Below, piece after piece: positions 61,103 through 64,000 of a stretch of DNA of 64,000 bases. Position numbers and translations under genes: made by a program. The notes beneath the pieces were generated by a model. That model was not told the DNA's origin. It was given only the letters and a program-made list of their open reading frames with translations, and did not search any database. Source of the DNA: a virus (taxonomy: Duplodnaviria > Heunggongvirae > Uroviricota > Caudoviricetes). The stretch is taken from the IMG/VR virus record IMGVR_UViG_3300010279_000462; one strand, written 5' to 3'. Position 1 is the stretch's first letter; every line of letters starts with the position of its first letter.

Positions 61103-62605
61103 ATGGCTTATACGAACAGCCCACTTGTGGCATACACGAAACTCAGCCCGAATCACTCCGGGCAGAGGACGCACAGCATCGATCGCATCACGCCCCACTG
61201 TGTCGTTGGTCAGCTGAGTGCGGAAAGCATCTGCGGGTGCTTCATCAACACGAGCCGTCAGGCAAGCTGCAACTATGGCATTGGCAAGGACGGTCGCATC
61301 TCGCTCTGTGTCGAGGAGAAGAACCGCAGCTGGTGTTCTTCCAGCAGGGAGAATGACCAGAGAGCCATCACCATCGAGTGCGCCAGCGACAACTTCCACC
61401 CTTATGCAATGAACGATGCGGTCTACACCAGCCTCATCAAGCTCTGCACCGACATCTGCAAGCGCAACGGAAAAACGAAACTTATCTGGCTGGCGGACAA
61501 GAATAAAACTCTCAATTACACCCCGGCGGCAGATGAGATGGTGCTGTCTGTTCATAGATGGTTTGCCGCAAAAGCGTGTCCCGGTGACTGGCTGTACGCC
61601 CGCCTCGGTGATCTTGCCGCCAAGGTGACGGCTGCGCTTGGCACACCTGCTGCTCCTGTGGCGACCGGCTTGCAGGCAACTGCGCTCAAAGCACTCACCG
61701 ATGCAGAAGTCGTGGCAAAGGTGGCTCCGCTGTTCACTGCAAACCAGAAGCAGTCCGGCATCCTTGCCTCTGTGTCTCTGGCGCAGTTCATTCTGGAGTC
61801 CGGCTATGGCAAATCGGAACTGGCGCAGAACGCCAATAACTGTTTTGGCATGAAGAAATCCCTTTCAGGGAACAGCTGGGCTGGCTCTGCGTGGGATGGG
61901 CAGTCTGTCTACACCAAGCAGACCGGGGAGCAGAACCCGGATGGGAGCTATGAGACCATCACGGCGGATTTCCGAAAGTATGCTTCTGTCGAGGACTCCA
62001 TTACGGACCACTCCGCCTATCTGCTGGGCGCGATGAACGGCGACAAGAAGCGGTACGAAGGTCTGGTAGGGTGCAAGGACTACAAGAAAGCCGTGCAGCT
62101 CATCAAGGACGGCGGCTATGCCACCAGCCTGACCTATGTGCAGAACCTTTGCAGTGTCATCGAGCGTTGGAACCTGACGCAGTATGATGTCACTGAATCT
62201 TCTGCGCCAGAGGCATCTGGCTGGTACCGTGTGCGCAAGAGCTGGTCTGACGCGGCATCCCAGAAGGGCGCATTCAGGGAACTTTCCAATGCCAAGGCGT
62301 GTGCGGACAAGAATCCCGGCTATTCCGTTTTCGATGGCAGCGGTAGCGTGGTCTATGCGGTTGCCAGCACCTCTGCCAATGCAACCGCATCCTTCCAGCC
62401 GTATATGGTGCGTGTTTCCATCAGTGACCTGAATATCCGCAAAGGTCCCGGCACGAATTACAGTTCTCGCGGCTATACCGGCAAGGGCGTGTTCACCATT
62501 GTAGAGGAGGCATCCGGCAAGGGCGCAACCAAGTGGGGGCTTCTGAAGTCCTATGCTTCCGGCAGGAACGGCTGGGTCAGCCTTGACTACGCCAAGAAGG
62601 TCTGA
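61103..62605 (+). CDS. bifunctional endolysin: N-acetylmuramoyl-L-alanine amidase plus glucosaminidase plus wall-binding domains
   Basis: Amidase_2/PGRP motifs (IDRITPHCVVGQ, HRWFAAKACPGDW). Glucosaminidase (ILESGYGKSELAQNANNCFGMK). Repeated YRVR-type domain and bacterial SH3. Confidence 0.8.
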   Translation: MAYTNSPLVAYTKLSPNHSGQRTHSIDRITPHCVVGQLSAESICGCFINTSRQASCNYGIGKDGRISLCVEEKNRSWCSSSRENDQRAITIECASDNFHPYAMNDAVYTSLIKLCTDICKRNGKTKLIWLADKNKTLNYTPAADEMVLSVHRWFAAKACPGDWLYARLGDLAAKVTAALGTPAAPVATGLQATALKALTDAEVVAKVAPLFTANQKQSGILASVSLAQFILESGYGKSELAQNANNCFGMKKSLSGNSWAGSAWDGQSVYTKQTGEQNPDGSYETITADFRKYASVEDSITDHSAYLLGAMNGDKKRYEGLVGCKDYKKAVQLIKDGGYATSLTYVQNLCSVIERWNLTQYDVTESSAPEASGWYRVRKSWSDAASQKGAFRELSNAKACADKNPGYSVFDGSGSVVYAVASTSANATASFQPYMVRVSISDLNIRKGPGTNYSSRGYTGKGVFTIVEEASGKGATKWGLLKSYASGRNGWVSLDYAKKV

Positions 62606-62668
62606 TTGACCGCATCAGCCTCGCAACGGAAACCTATCTGACGGTTGCAAAGCAGCCCGCTTCGCTCT

Positions 62669-62698
62669 GGACTTCCCAAATCAGCTGGGAAGTCCTTT
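62669..62698 (+). terminator. rho-independent terminator
   Basis: GGACTTCCCA...TGGGAAGTCC 10-bp stem followed by TTTACATTTT. Confidence 0.7.
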
Positions 62699-62784
62699 AC
62701 ATTTTGTCGGTATTGCTTCGATCTCGGCATTCTGTCAGGCAGATAATTTGTCGGTATTATGCCGATTTATCTTTGCGACAGAAC

Positions 62785-62813
62785 TTGCTATTCGGGTCCA
62801 TATGCGGCAATAT
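62785..62813 (+). promoter_or_regulatory. promoter cassette family copy TTGCTA-N17-CAATAT
   Basis: ACTTGCTATTCGGG...GGCAATATAC resembles the 27084 copy. Precedes the serine recombinase. Confidence 0.45.
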
Positions 62814-62839
62814 ACGACTACCAAAAGGAGGACAACACA

Positions 62840-63781
62840 ATGGAAGTGATGGTTGATCGCAAGCGGGCGGCGGCTTATTGCCGAGTCAGTACGGGAATGG
62901 AATGTCAGGAAGGTTCGTATGAAACCCAAATCAAGTACTACAAGGACCTGATCTCTAACGACCCGGATGAGGAACTGGTAAAAATCTATGCAGATGAGGG
63001 AAGCGGACGGAGTACGCAACGCCGGCCTGAGTTCCAGCAGATGATGCAGGACTGTGAGGATGGCAAGATCGATGTCATCTACACCAAGTCCATCTCCCGA
63101 TTCTCCCGAAATATGCTTGATTGTGTGACCGCAGTGCGTCGGCTGAAAGAGCTGGGCATTGCGGTCATTTTTGAACGGGAAAACATCAACACAATGGACC
63201 GCCAGAACGAACTGTTCTTCCACATCATGGCGATTATCGCTGAGGAAGAATCCAAGAGCATCGGCGGAAATGTAAAGCTCGCCATTGACCACTGCCATGA
63301 GGAAGGCAAGCCGACCGGGCGCGTGACTTATGGGTATCGCCGGGTAAACAACAAAGGCGAGTGGCGCATTGAGGAATCGGAGGCACGGCGCGTCCGTTGT
63401 GCCTTTGACCTTGCCGCCAAGGGCATCGGCTACGATGCTATCCGGAAGGAACTGGACGCGATGGAAAAGGCGGAAGGAACAGGCGTTTCATGGTCCCAAA
63501 ACCGCAACCGTGTTCCGATGCTGTTGAAGCACATCGCCTACACGGGGGACTACATCACGGACACCTACTATACGGCATACGGCAAAAACGGCCACCGATA
63601 CAGCAAGCGGAATAACGGGGAACGCGCCCAGACCTATCTGGAAGGTCATCATGAACCCATTGTCAGCAAGGAGCAGTTCGAGCGTGTCCAGACCCTGATG
63701 AGCATGGGACTGCTTCACTCTGGCAGGAAGAAGTACACGAAGGAACAGCAGGAGCTTCTAAACGATTCCAGCTGGCAGTAA
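62840..63781 (+). CDS. serine recombinase (resolvase plus recombinase domains)
   Basis: AAYCRVSTG with catalytic Ser. SRFSRN. Recombinase domain YGYRRVN. RBS AAAGGAGGA. Confidence 0.8.
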   Translation: MEVMVDRKRAAAYCRVSTGMECQEGSYETQIKYYKDLISNDPDEELVKIYADEGSGRSTQRRPEFQQMMQDCEDGKIDVIYTKSISRFSRNMLDCVTAVRRLKELGIAVIFERENINTMDRQNELFFHIMAIIAEEESKSIGGNVKLAIDHCHEEGKPTGRVTYGYRRVNNKGEWRIEESEARRVRCAFDLAAKGIGYDAIRKELDAMEKAEGTGVSWSQNRNRVPMLLKHIAYTGDYITDTYYTAYGKNGHRYSKRNNGERAQTYLEGHHEPIVSKEQFERVQTLMSMGLLHSGRKKYTKEQQELLNDSSWQ

Positions 63782-63796
63782 GAGGGAGGAAAGCGT

Positions 63797-64000
63797 ATGG
63801 AGATTACAGTTGAAAAAGTCAATACGGCAGTACAGCCCAAGAAACGAGCACTGAACACCTTGAACGGAGTGCGCGTGGCAGTCTATGCCCGTGTCAGCAC
63901 GGATCAGGAGATTCAGCTCCACAGCCTGGATGAGCAGATGAAAGGCTTCAAGATGAAGATTGCCCAGAATCCCGGCTGGGTGCTGGTAGATGTTTACGCC
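63797..64000 (+). CDS. second serine recombinase, 3'-truncated by window edge
   Basis: VAVYARVSTDQE resolvase motif. RBS GAGGGAGGAAAG. Confidence 0.7.
   Translation, partial: MEITVEKVNTAVQPKKRALNTLNGVRVAVYARVSTDQEIQLHSLDEQMKGFKMKIAQNPGWVLVDVYA

Noticed and set aside
1-64000. Scan for tRNA or tmRNA genes, for example as an integration target near the recombinases
   Set aside because: No cloverleaf-compatible sequence was seen. The RIT target is a protein-coding 3' end, and the serine recombinase att site probably lies beyond the window.

Overview
High-GC (about 58%) Firmicutes/Clostridia-type temperate siphovirus prophage, essentially complete, with almost every gene on the + strand. The order is: replication module (family-A DNA polymerase, DUF932-like, VRR-NUC, SNF2 helicase, MazF/PemK-fold protein, primase-polymerase/P4-type helicase); a methylation island (phage MetK homolog, HNH nuclease, ParB-domain MTase, second amino-MTase, 733-aa C5-cytosine MTase); a low-GC RIT element (three overlapping tyrosine recombinases between ~89-bp imperfect inverted repeats) inserted in the 3' end of the C5-MTase gene; an accessory region in which at least 10 copies of one conserved sigma70-type promoter cassette (TTGATA/TTGCTA-N17-TAATAT plus upstream ATGTACA/AATGATCGTGTA motifs) each drive an amidoligase/two GGCT enzymes/small acidic proteins; a low-GC AAA-ATPase island; then TerS/TerL, portal, ClpP-like protease, HK97 capsid, connector proteins, major tail, an SPFH/prohibitin protein, a frameshifted tail chaperone, an inverted RelE/Phd TA cassette, a 1984-aa tape measure, Dit, Tal, two paralogous tail fibers (the second ending in an SGNH hydrolase, preceded by a poly-G(10) leader ORF), holin, a LysM/SH3 wall-binding protein, a bifunctional amidase-glucosaminidase endolysin and tandem serine recombinases. 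The strongest novelty candidates are the RIT element replacing the 3' end of the C5-MTase gene, the amidoligase-GGCT module, the multi-copy promoter cassette regulon with its array of unknown small genes, and the poly-G tract ahead of the second fiber.
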